DNA of 64,000 bases from Tubulanus polymorphus (lineage: Eukaryota > Animalia > Nemertea), in contig NC_134031.1 in NCBI RefSeq assembly GCF_964204645.1, positions 19,475,910 to 19,539,909 on the forward strand, read 5' to 3'. The notes under the pieces are model-generated. The model saw nothing but the letters and a program-made list of their open reading frames with translations. It was not told the DNA's origin and ran no database searches. Shown here piece by piece: positions 13,962-25,445 of this stretch. Numbering within the stretch: the first letter of the stretch is position 1; each line of letters begins with the position of its first letter. A program made the translations under genes and the position numbers.

Positions 13962-16320
13962 TCAGGATTTGGAAGCGAACGGGCCGAGACTATGATCGAT
14001 TTCCCGTCTCTTGACGCCGATGCTGAAATTCGGTCGATGCTGCCGGTTTTTGCTGATATCCGGATTATATTTACACGGATCGGGCGTCGGCTCCGGGTTG
14101 TTCCACAGGATAGTGCCGCCGCGTCTGAACTGATGGGAAAATGCGGCGCCGGTTCTGTGCGTCAAATGATCGGCGTATTCTGGATTGTAGTCGTTCGGAG
14201 AGGGTTCACTTTCACAACCTGGAAACAGATTCAATAAAAATAAGAAAGATAACATCGAGGACTTTAACACGGTGGTCAGGTGTTGAGTTGTCCTCAAACA
14301 GGTATCCCATTAATCCTCCAGATTTTACCATCCCTAGTCCGCTTGTTGGACACTAACCTTTTTTCGATATTGAAAAATTTTGTCTCGAGCCTATTGTAAA
14401 CGATGGGGCCTCGGGTACAAAATTTTGTCCCCTACCCAGTAGAGATTTGTGCCGGTAAGATGTTGGAGCGGGCCACTGAAAAAATAAAAAGAAATTCTCA
14501 CAGAATTCCACTTAAAAGTCCACAGGGGCTGGTTTTACAAAGCTACGTACAATCATCAAATCATATCAAAAATAAGAAAGTTGTGCCATTAAGTAAAGTA
14601 ATGTTAATTTTGCTTTGTGAAACTGTCCCCAGATTGTTATCTCCGATTGATCTTTAAACATCCTAAATGATAAAGACTGATCTATGCCCACCCACAGTTT
14701 GGACCTGTGGGTATATAAGTATTTCATTCTACCGGTACCTTTCGATCTCTATAGAAGTCAACCTTATCACACCAGATGTGAGGAGTGCTAAACCATGGTT
14801 TTTCCCATGACGTTCGTCCACCACCACCTAAAATACGCAGAATAAACTAAAGGCCCGTCACCGACCTACGCATCTCTGACCATATCTCAGAAGCCACCAA
14901 GATTTTAGCGATGTCAAAAGCGGTAATTATTTCAGTACATGAGAGATACATGTATAGTGTATATAGCAAGCAGACTTCAATGAACCTGATATACAGCCAT
15001 TCTAGCGTAACTTGGAACTAAACTTGTTTAATTTGTTCAAATTTGTTTCATTTTTCCCCGAATCGAAATTCCTGATGCACTGGTTTAAACGTTTTCTCAA
15101 GTCTAGTACCTAGCCGTCGTTCCACAACCGGTAACAACGACTGGTATTCAGACTATGGTTTTCTATATTGCAGACATCAGTTATCCATAATTTGCCTATA
15201 TCAAAGCTATACACTAAAGCATTAAACTAAATGCCATAAGCTGATAACTATTCGAATTTCTATTTCATTATGGATTATAAGTAAAACTATGCATTCTAAA
15301 ACTAAATAAGCTATGATTATAAACCTTTTTCTGGGTGACATTTACGCCCGAACGAATAGGCGGGAGCGTTTTTCTCTTGAAGTGGTTTGCTAATCGGTGT
15401 GTAAGACCAAGGTGTCGGACCTTCCATATCGATACGCAGCGGGGGCCTTGAATTAATCGCTTCGTCGTAAGTGACAACTTTACGCAGCATGGTTGGAGTT
15501 TCTACGAATGGTCGAACATCTCTTCTACTTCGCGGCCTACAAATTAGAAGAAAAAGTTAGCCTAGGGGCAGCAGATATTCTACAAATTGGAAGAAAAAGT
15601 TAGCCTAGGGGCAGCAGATATTCTACAAATTGGAAGAAAAAGTTGGCCTAGGGGCAGCAGATATTCTACAAATTAGAAGAAAGAGTTAGCCTAGGGGCAG
15701 CAGATATTTTACAAATTAGAAGAAAAAGTTAGCCTAGGGGCAGCAGATATTCTACAAATTAGAAGAAAAAGTTAGCCTAGGGGCAGCAGATATTTTACAA
15801 ATTAGAAGAAAAAGTTAGCCTAGGGGCAGCAGATATTCTACAAATTAGAAGAAAAAGTTAGCCTAGGGACTGCAGATATTCTACAAATTAGAAGAAAAAG
15901 TTAGCCTAGGGGCAGCAGATATTTTACAAGGGGTGGTTGATTTTTTGAGGGGTGGATGTAAAGATGAAAGAGAAGGTCGCCCCTGTAGAACCTTTTGTAG
16001 GGAACACGTGTAACTGCTTACTTGGATGAGGCCATTGTGACGGTAGCGATTTTCACCATAGCTGGAGGAATCTTTGATCGATTATACGCTCTGAACGGAC
16101 TCTTACAAACTGATGTAGATTCATGTTTCACGCCGCTCTGCGAGTATGGACTCGGTAGTCGTGGAAACTGTAATGAAGATGCCTGATCATTGATGTGAGG
16201 GATGATGTCCGGTCCAGATCCCGATGATTGATGGGATAATTTGCTGTTTTCTTTGATGATGTTTTCTTTATTTGTGATGGTTTCAGCATCATCAGAGTTC
16301 GCGGGATCTGTCGTATCCAT
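13962..16320 (-). CDS. STPG3: STPG3-like (sperm-tail PG-rich / SHIPPO-repeat) protein, 324 aa
   Basis: Exons 16320-16022, 15536-15325, 14827-14739, 14475-14358, 14218-13962 (975 nt, in phase). RPPLRIDMEGPTPWSY…PAYSFGRKCHPEKGGGGRTSWEKPWF…KVDFYRDRKWPAPTSY resembles STPG3, with further PSPNDY and PDPCKY repeats. A non-coding exon lies at ~16996-17050. Confidence 0.8.
15537..15923. repeat. 43-bp minisatellite, 9 copies; each unit is the STPG3 intron 3' splice site
   Basis: Unit CTACAAATTAGAAGAAAAAGTTAGCCTAGGGGCAGCAGATATT starts at 15537, 15580 … 15881. Confidence 0.95.
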
Positions 16321-17049
16321 CCTGTCAAAAATATTAAATGGAAAATAGATTCATTTATTTCAATCGCTACTATCGACTCCGAGTAGTATCCTCCTGAGTG
16401 ATACTGATAGAGTCTTGTGATGCCATCAGCAGGTTCGAATCCCTAACCTTCCAAAAAGAAGAATGAATTGACAGAGTCAGAGAGAATGTGGTGTGATGAT
16501 TGACAAAGATATAGGGCCTAATCAAATAACAGTCAGTAGGTAGTGAGAGATTAGGTTATTAGTCAAAAGTTAAATCAAGGTCATCCAATTCCAGTGACCT
16601 CTGACAGTCACTCCAGACTCCTCCACACTGGCTCCAGATTCAGAAGAGTCAGTGTGTTCCTTTTTCTATCCATCCCAGGCATTTTCAACAACATTTGGTC
16701 TAACTGCAGTTTGAGTCACCTATCCACTGGGTGGCGCTTGTGTTATTAAAGAATAGTGTTATGGTAAGGTTAGGTACATAACCAATAGGGACACCTACTA
16801 AACTGCAGTCACCCAACATTTAATTTTAACAGATTTTCACACTATTTAATTCTGGTTCTTCAGTTCTTGCTAACAACGTTTTGGTTAACGTCAGTTCCAC
16901 ATTCAAAATGTCTGTATTCATCCTTAAGTAGATATTTACAAATCGAATTAGATCGTGTTGCTAGAGCTGCTGATAAATGGTAATTTCTAGTTTACCTGTG
17001 TACGATTCGATTTAGTTCATTCCATCCACCATTTTGTATCCAATGACGC

Positions 17050-17490
17050 TCGGTTGTTCTCGGCGGTTAACCTAAACTGCCGTATGACGGACTTTCAATC
17101 GGCTCCAGTAGTATACACACGGAAGCGAGGAATGAGTGGGAGGCCTCCGGATATCTATCTCCCGCGGTTAGGAAACAACCTATCAAAAGTCTTATTTTAC
17201 TTCCGCCTCCACTTTTTTGTGAATTCTCGAATTCTCAACAAAAACTGCCAAAAAAACTGAATGGATTTTTAAAACAATTTAAAACAGTCAAAATAATATC
17301 TGAATGAAGGTCAGTTTTGATGATGGATTCTTTTTTTCGAGAGAGATGATAGGTGCATTGATTATTGGTGCTAATCCGTCAAAGTTAAATGCTCTTTTTT
17401 TCCTTCTCAAACTAAAACTAACTGATAACGTCGGTGTAGGACTGTAGGGACGTAGGCCTAACGAATTAAATTTCAAAAATGGCCGTCCAT
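17050..17490. promoter_or_regulatory. Probable bidirectional promoter between STPG3-like (-) and FBXL6 (+)
   Basis: Head-to-head genes ~0.5 kb apart; ETS-type CGGAAG/CTTCCG motifs and YY1-type AAAATGGCCG at ~17476. Confidence 0.4.
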
Positions 17491-17626
17491 CCTTTTGGTG
17501 ATGCTATTGCTTCAGCCACTTTTTCACTTCCCGGACTCTCAGTTCACACCCGTCCAACGCAATCCCAGTCCGCAGTTTCTTTATTGGTCGTGTTTTATTT
17601 TCGTTACAACAGGTTAGATTTATGAG

Positions 17627-20600
17627 ATGCCGATGAAACGACGTGGTTTATTCGGGATGCAATCGTCGCGGACTCTGTTCTCATTCATTGCTAAACCGGG
17701 TGAAGAATGGTCTTCAGATGATTCTGGAGATTCTGATTATCGTGATCCGGGGTATGTGTGTGTGTTATCATCAGGTTCCCGCATTTTTTCTATTAGATTT
17801 GATATTCCCTGCGCTCGAGAATTCTGGCTTATTTATTGAACAAAGTGGCTATTCTTACGTGGCCCGTAAGAATTAACTGCCGGCTATATTTACGTCTGTT
17901 CCTACGAAACTGTGATCTCTACGCTAATGACTGACGCGCATGCGTACAGAGGTGCGCGACTTAGAAAATTCAAGGAAAGTGTGGAGAATAGAGTTAGAGA
18001 AAAATAGAGCGGATTGAGCGAGACTCGAACCCGGGCCAGTAAATTACTAGCGCAGCATCATACCACTAGACCACCGAGCTCGCTGACAGTCGGCCGAATG
18101 TTTTAACTACATATAGCCTCACCTTACCCTAACTCTATCCCTACCCGGACGTAAATAAAGCTGGAAGTTAATTCTTACGGGCGACGTAAAAATAGCCACT
18201 TTGTTTATTGAAAGTCTTTGGATTTGTTGGGATTTGAATTGTCGATGTCTTGTTGTTTTTGAACATGGATCAGCTTGAACCCCTTCCTCCCCCCCCCCCT
18301 GTTCTAGATATCTTATGATTCAAGCAGGGAATCTTTAGTCAAGGGTCAGGGAATCTTAGATCTATAAGAATCCTGCCGGATGTGGATATTTTTCATCCTG
18401 GAAATAAGAGTATGTTCCAGGAAAAAGAGAATGGATGATTATCATTAAAAGAAACCGACGAAATCAATTGAGACAACTTTAATTGATTTTTTCTTTAGTT
18501 TCGGGTGGAATCCTTTCACTTATCTCCAGGGTTTCTTTCCCTTAAAATGACAATGATAGTTAAAATAGTAAGGGAGTCCTGAAGGGATATTACCAGAAGC
18601 CGGTTGCACAAGACCAACTAATTTCTATAGCCAATCTAACAACTTAAGATTTAGGAACACTTTTGGACTTAAGTCATGGCTGTGCAACTGCCCCCAGAGG
18701 AAAGGATAGTTTCAGACAAAAAATCTATGATATTGTGGGTTTTTCTAAATCAAGACTGGAAAGACCTGAAGTTTAGTAAACGTTGATGATTCGTCGGTTC
18801 TCTTGAAGGAAAAACTCTGAAGAAGATGAAGACGATGATGAATATACGCCGAAATCTAAAAAACCGAAACGTTCGACAACGAAAACAAACGGCGTCAAAA
18901 CGAAACGAAAATCAACGCGAAAAACTGCGACGAAATCGAAAAAAACGAAAAACTATTTCAGCGATGATGATGATAACGACGATGACGACGACGAGGATGA
19001 AGACTTCGCCGCCGATACGCCGTCGACGAGCAGCCCGAAACAACTAGCAAAAATATCGCCATCGTCGAAAAAAACAAACAACAAGAAAATCAATCATTTC
19101 AACGGACGTAAGCCGTCGGATGCGGTCGGGAAACTGTGGGGTAAATGGATGCCGCCGGAGGTGCTCACTAAAATATTCACTCATGTCATAGAAGAGGCCG
19201 GAGCTATTCCATTCCTTATCAAGTAAGTTAAACCCATTCGCTGCTGGCTAAAAATATAATCGTACTTACGGTTCCGTCACCAGTGCCACTACAAATATAT
19301 TTGGTTCAGTCACCAGTGCCACTACAAATATATTTGGTTCAGTCACCAGCGCCACTACAAATATATTTGGTTCAGTCACCGGCGCCACTACAAATATATT
19401 TGGTTCAGTCACCAGCGCCACTACAAATATATTTGGTCCAGTCACCGGCGCCACTACAAATATATTTGGTCCAGTCACCGGTGCCACTACAAATATATTT
19501 GGTCCAGTCACCGGCGCCACTACAAATATATTTGGTTCCGTCACCAGCACTATGAATATACTCATACTTGCAGCGGACTGTGGGCTCTAGTTGGATTTTT
19601 TGAAAACTTTTTCGGGAATTTTAACAACTGTCAGTAAACTGCTCTAATCTTGGGTGAATTTTTGCTGAGATTTATCCCGAAAAACCGTCTAAGTATTTTC
19701 CTGATTCTGAACTCTTGAAATATTCACAACAGTCCCCCCAACACTACCGAGTCTCAACTGAATTCTCTGATTCTCGAGGCAGTGTTAACTGTAATTGGCT
19801 TTGATTGTACGCGTAAACAATATTGTTTTTTTTTTTTTAGCGCTGGTCGAACTTGTCGATTGTGGCACGATACGTCGTTACAGTTGACACTATGGAGAGA
19901 TGTGGATTTAACGTACGGTTGGATTACACAAACCGATAGAACTATGTACTGGTTGTGCAGTAATAGATTAACGCGATGTACACATCTGAATGTAACCGGC
20001 TGGAAAAACCTTACTAATTCCGGCTTTCAGGTTCGTAGCAATTCGTTCGAGGCTACAGTTATTATACCAGTTGTTCGAAAGTAGTTTAATGAGATTTAAC
20101 CGGCTGATTGTTGATGTTGATTGTCATCTGGAAGATGCTCTTGCTTTTCTTTTAGACCCCTCCGACACTGTTATCTCTAACCAACTTTTGAACAACTTTA
20201 TCGCAGGAAACTTCAGCGTAATAACTTCTTGTTCTTTCTGTGTTTCGATCGTATTGTCATTGTGTATTTTACAGGCAATCGTTGACAGTTGTTTGGAGTT
20301 GGAGTCGATCAATTTATCCGGATGCGGAAAAATCTCATCATCCAGTTTAAAAGAGCTCGTCGATAAATGTCCGTCTGTACGCTTTGTTGGCCTATCAGAT
20401 ACAAGTGTAAGTTACCAATAATATCAATAAAATGTCCCCCCTTAGTGAAGCATTTGGATTGCGTTTGAAAAATGGTCTAAATTAAGAGTACTGCATTTTT
20501 TAGGCTGATATGATTTCTGCTCAATCGTTGAGGTATCTCATCAGTAAACAGGGTTCGACGTTGACTGGTCTCGACTTGAGCAACAACAACCTTCTTGGTT

Positions 20601-23538
20601 TCTACGCGATATTCGTCGGGATTATGGTACGTTCGAAAATTTGCATTTTAAATGATTCACTTGTCCAGGGGCCGGTTCCATAGTCCATGACTTAGACTTA
20701 AGACTAGTCTAAGGCTCTTATAGTTATATAGCTAATCTAACAACTTAAGACCAGTCTTAAGATTTAAGACCACTTTTGGACTTAAGTCTCGACTATGGAA
20801 CCGGCCCCAGGTGAATAAGAAGTTGAAAGTCTAATAAATTTCACTCATCTTTGTTCATGAATAGGAGAATTGTCGAAATCTACGATCGTTGAACATATCT
20901 AATATAACAGGAATGACGGGTTATATTTCGATGAATGTGGAAAAGTTTCAGGAAGGATGTCCGAAACTCGAAGTGCTCATGATGGCCAATACGAAAATCC
21001 GTCCAGTATTCGCCACCAAGGATAAAAAGGTTGGGCGAGAAAAGATTCGATTTTGAAAAGACAAAAATTGTTAATTCCTTCAATTCTAAGAAATAGGCAA
21101 TTAGAAATTTCTGGCTAGTTTGTAGTTGTACAGTAAACTACGCCTAAATCAGGTTACAGTTGGGATTTGTTTTTATCCTACTAGGTGGTTGCCAAATTAG
21201 AAACTGAATTTAGTTACCGGTAGTCTTGAAATAAAAAAATTTTATTACAAAACCACTGAATTAATTAATGGTTTACAGTGATAAAGAGTACTGATTTAGG
21301 AGAAGTCTGCAGTAATTGTGATATGAAAGTGAACAAACGCTTCCTCAAAATTCGAAATTCTCTCCTTTAATACTCCTTATACCAAGAATGACTGATCTGT
21401 AGGGACCTTGATTTACGTCGATTCAATGAACATTCAGCTGTAGATACGTATGTTTTATGTTGTTCGTATTTCAGGATGAATCATTAGGTTTCCCGGCATT
21501 ACGTGAGCTCAGCGTCGCATCAGTCAATGATGCATCTGTTAACTCTAGTCTACTTGTCGATGATGATCTCCTCTGCAGGTAAATAATACCGCAAATAGCA
21601 ACGTTTAACCGTAATAATTTTTACGAGAAAAAAGATTCAAATTTACGTTAAAATCAGGAAAACCTCAGAGCATTTGTAAGTGGGAGGAATGTGGCCAGCC
21701 TGGTACATGTAAAATGAATTCAATTAATGTGGGTTTGTCTGAACGAGTCATTGCCTCATTGGCTTGTTTGAAATGTTATCCAGAGTTGATGATTATTTTA
21801 CAGAATTCTGAAGAATGCGACGAATCTGTCGTTACTCGATGTACGCGGCTGTTGTAATCTAACGGCTGATTGCGTTTACATGCTAGAAGCGAAATCGTTG
21901 AAATATCTTTATGTCTCACACAGTCCTGTCACTAAATATGAAGGAATTCAGGTCATACTTCAAAAGGTTTGTGTCGTTTAATCAAATGCGGCGAAACATG
22001 CTGATAATCATCTATAGTTGAAATGATCGTTATCATGGCAGGAAATTCAAACTTAAAAGAGAAAAACCAAGATATTTGAGTTAAGTTTCTTATAGGTTAT
22101 TATACTGTCTGCTTGTGTTGCATGAGGGAATCTAACCCTAGCATCATTCGGGAGGTAATATCTAAGCTGTATCGGGATTCGATTCTAACCCCGCAGCTGG
22201 AACCGTGTGGCCGTTGATGGAGGGTTTTGTGAAGGTTAACCCTTTCAGTGCGTCTACACCGCAGTGCGGTGTATAAATCAGTGATGGATTTTGCTAGTAC
22301 ACCGCACTGCGGTGTATTGATGTAATTAGTAATTTGTAATTATCTCTATTGAAAAATGGCAGCAAGTGTCAAACATAGTGAAATACTAGTAACTAACGAT
22401 ACACCGCACTGCGGTGTAGACGCACTATAGTGGTATTCCCATTGTTCAACACACTAGGGTGGAATTTTTTAGAATTTTCTCTAGCACTATAGGGTATTAA
22501 TTAGTCAGCACTGAAAGGGTTAATCCATGTCTAAAAGATGCATTAATTTCAACCATCATAAGTGATTCACTTTTATCGTTTAGAGGAAAAACAACCGGCT
22601 AATTTTGTATTTCAAATTCAATTTTATCGCTCAGCAGTTTGAAAATACATGCTGACGACTATTATCCAACTATTGAACCACCAGTAAATGATGTTAGTCA
22701 ATGTTTTATGTCCAAAATTGACCATTTCTTAGTATTATATATTCGTGCTTGAATTTGCGTACATGGGGCCCTTATTCTTTTTCTGGTGAATTTTGAGTCC
22801 TGCTGAAGTTTCCGATCTTAATATTCATTTTTAGTGGCATCATAGTTTACTAGAACTTGATCTAGCGTGGAATGTCTACCCGGGTATGTCGTTAGATATC
22901 GCGATACAGAAACTGTCTGTAATGTCGACGGAACAACCGGTCGCCTTAGAACGATTGAATCTCAGCGGAACGTCAATCGATTGTCACAGAATCAGGTAGT
23001 CTATCTCTACCTATCGTAGGGATCAGTCGAAATATAGGGGATTTTATTTTTACAGATTTGAAAAATCAGCTTGGTCCAGTTCCACAGTTGTGAGTTAAGA
23101 TTTAACTCTAACTCACGACTGTGGAACTGGGTCCTTGTGATTAAGTCCCAATGTCGGAGAAATTTGTCCCCTAACAGATTTCTCCGACATTGGTTCTGAT
23201 TGTCTGAGTCAAATTTTCCGACATTGGTGCACATCAATATCACCTCGCGCATAGATTTAATTTAAAGGGAGACGTCTTTAGGTCTACTTATCCTAATATA
23301 TCTGTTGAGCCATGTGGGGGTCATCACGCTGTACAGCATATACTAATATAAATCATAACCGGTCTTTATTTCGACTATTTTCAGGTCGTTGTTGTTGACT
23401 TGTCCGAATCTGAAAGAGTTGAATTTGCAGTCGTGTCGGGGATTACCGCGTGGAATGAAACGTCTTTACGAAGGCGATAAACTCACTGAACTTATCGATA
23501 ATATCGACGATATTTGCTCCGAATCGAACGATTTATGA
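17627..23538 (+). CDS. FBXL6: F-box/LRR-repeat protein 6
   Basis: About 10 exons (17627-17751, 18809-19222, 19841-20030, 20275-20406, 20504-20626, 20865-21029, 21475-21578, 21805-21966, 22835-22994, 23385-23538). Acidic/basic N-terminus, F-box WGKWMPPEVLTKIFTHVIEEAGAIPFL…GRTCRLW…LWRDVDL, AMN1-type LRRs, C-terminal LNLQSCRGLPRGMKRLY. Confidence 0.9.
17841..18203. mobile_element. Mutator-like MITE (9-bp TSD) carrying a tRNA-Pro-like segment
   Basis: TSD TTTATTGAA at 17832-17840 and 18204-18212; ~56-bp imperfect TIRs starting CAAAGTGGCTATT. Confidence 0.75.
18011..18080 (-). pseudogene. Degenerate tRNA-derived (tRNA-Pro-like) sequence / SINE head
   Basis: AGCTCGGTGGTCTAGTGGTATGATGC…CCCGGGTTCGAGTCTCG has A and B boxes and a tRNA-Pro-like 5' half; the anticodon and acceptor stems do not pair. 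Confidence 0.55.
19270..19552. repeat. 33-bp intronic minisatellite, ~8.5 copies
   Basis: Unit TCACC(A/G)G(T/C)GCCACTACAAATATATTTGGT(T/C)CAG in FBXL6 intron 2; explains the repetitive ORFs at 19266-19565. Confidence 0.95.
20669..20807. mobile_element. Harbinger-like MITE with CWG TSD
   Basis: CAG|GGGCCGGTTCCATAGTC … GACTATGGAACCGGCCC|CAG. Related termini at ~12785-12934, ~18596-18695, ~23073-23134, ~31630-31715 and ~55999-56115. Confidence 0.65.
22240..22519. mobile_element. piggyBac-type MITE
   Basis: TTAA|CCCTTTCAGTGC … GCACTGAAAGGG|TTAA, with three internal palindromic TACACCGCA(C/G)TGCGGTGTA motifs. Confidence 0.8.
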
Positions 23539-24622
23539 TACGAAGAGATTTGATTTATTCGCCCGTTCGTAACAAGTGCGTGAATTTATAGGCGTTCAGT
23601 TTAACTGTGGACCTTACTCAGCAAATTCGGCAGACGATTTATTATTGCTCGGTGGATCGAATATTGAGTTGAGAATACAAGGGTCGGATTTATGTGAAAA
23701 ATGGATCTCTGCTTTGAAATGATTCTGAAGTTCAAATTGAAATATCATGGAAATTGTCACAAATTCAAGAGAAGTGTCGCGGCATAATATTTTTATTCCC
23801 ATTTTATGCCATATCACGTTGAGCTCAGAATTTATGCACAAGCTGTATTGAAGTTTCAGAAATTTTATTTCATCTGTTCAGATTGAGATCGGTACACCAT
23901 AAGTTGTTGCACCGAGACATGAAAATTGTAAAAAAATATATGGAAAGTGGGAAAAATCTGACACATGGAATAACAAAATTGCGAGTTGACCGGCACGGGG
24001 TAAGAAGTCAAATGTATGTTCTATTTCAGGATTTTAGTTTGTATTTGTGGTGTTACGATTGACTATTCATAACTAGATCAGATGATGCCGTCGTCATAGT
24101 TACGTACATGCATTTCGCTTACTAAAAAGTTTGTAATATTTAATTACAATAATTTATTTGTAGTGATTCCGAGCGGTGTTTATGTGACTCAGTTTCAGTT
24201 AGGCATCGTCGTAGACGGGGGAAAAGAGAATTAAAAGTTATTAAGTGGGTGTTTTAGATTCAATTGTTCACCTTAGATTTTAAGCAGAGAATATTATATA
24301 TATAAATATACTGTGTTTGCATGAATGAATTTTGGAAACAGTTTTGCTGTATTGTGTCATGTATTACGTGTATACATTATGTCGGTATTGTTTTCATGCA
24401 ATTCCTGATTATTTACGGGAAGCTGCTCCCAATTATTTTGAGTGGCTGGTCTGTCATGTTTGTACAATCATATTTTCTATGGGTATCGAGAATAGAATCC
24501 ACTAATCGCCACAAATCATAAAACGAAATTTACGTATCAAATAGAAAAGTAAGACACAATGTTTGAAACTCTCTAGAGCCCAGCGTCGGGTGTGAGGGAC
24601 AGAGACTAAACGTTCTGTTTTA

Positions 24623-24786
24623 GGGATCATTCATTGATTACGTATGCATAAAATTTGAATTTTTCGACCCCCCTCCCCCTCGGTACGCAAAATCGGCCAT
24701 TTTTTCATATACATTAAGCATTACAGTACGCAATTGCACTGACCCCTCCCCCTCCCCTAATGCGTACGTAATAAATGAATGACCCC
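24623..24786. mobile_element. PIF/Harbinger-type MITE
   Basis: TTA|GGGATCATTCATTGATTACGTA … TACGTAATAAATGAATGACCCC|TAA. Confidence 0.7.
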
Positions 24787-25445
24787 TAAAATGTTTTGAT
24801 GGAATGAATATCGATTTTAATCTTTTAAATTTGTATATAAAACTGTAATGGATCGTAATATCTATTCCTCATGTCTTGAGTGTACGGGCTATTCTACTAC
24901 TTAGATGGGTATTTCATTGACTAATGCTTTGCCCAGATGCTTTTGATCAACTGTAAGCGATTCACGGTATTTAGACTATCTTTTTATATACAGAAATCTG
25001 CATTTGAATGTAACATTGTTTTTGTACATAGATGACGTATGTACGAGTGTGGATCAGTCGCTTTCATTCAATAATATATGTACTTCAAATATCGTTCTTT
25101 TGAAGAGTCGTGATGTACACGAAAGTCTTGTATTTCGTCAGAAATAAAATAATGGAATAAAACGAAACTTTTCTTGAGAGTTAATATTCAATTTATATTC
25201 AAGGTTTGTGTTCATTCCATGAGTTTTCTGAGTCTTGGATTTGGGTATTTATTCGGAATCTAATTCACGACCATGTAAAATCTTATTCAATAAAGGTCTA
25301 TTGAATTGTATCGCACATCTCCTCTGGCAGGCGAATAACCATTAATTATTACAGCTGTAGCTAAAAAACTTTTTCTAATGGAATTATTACTTCCACACTG
25401 CAACAACTTTGTTTTGTAAAAAGTATTAAGTTGTAAAACCGAAAG

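Noticed and set aside
15537-15923. Regular 43-bp (and 33-bp at 19270-19552) repeats as a CRISPR array
   Set aside because: Head-to-tail units with no unique spacers, no cas genes, eukaryotic introns.
18011-18080. Functional tRNA gene (including tRNA-Sec, given nearby EEFSEC)
   Set aside because: Acceptor and anticodon stems do not pair; no TCA anticodon or long variable arm; embedded in a MITE.
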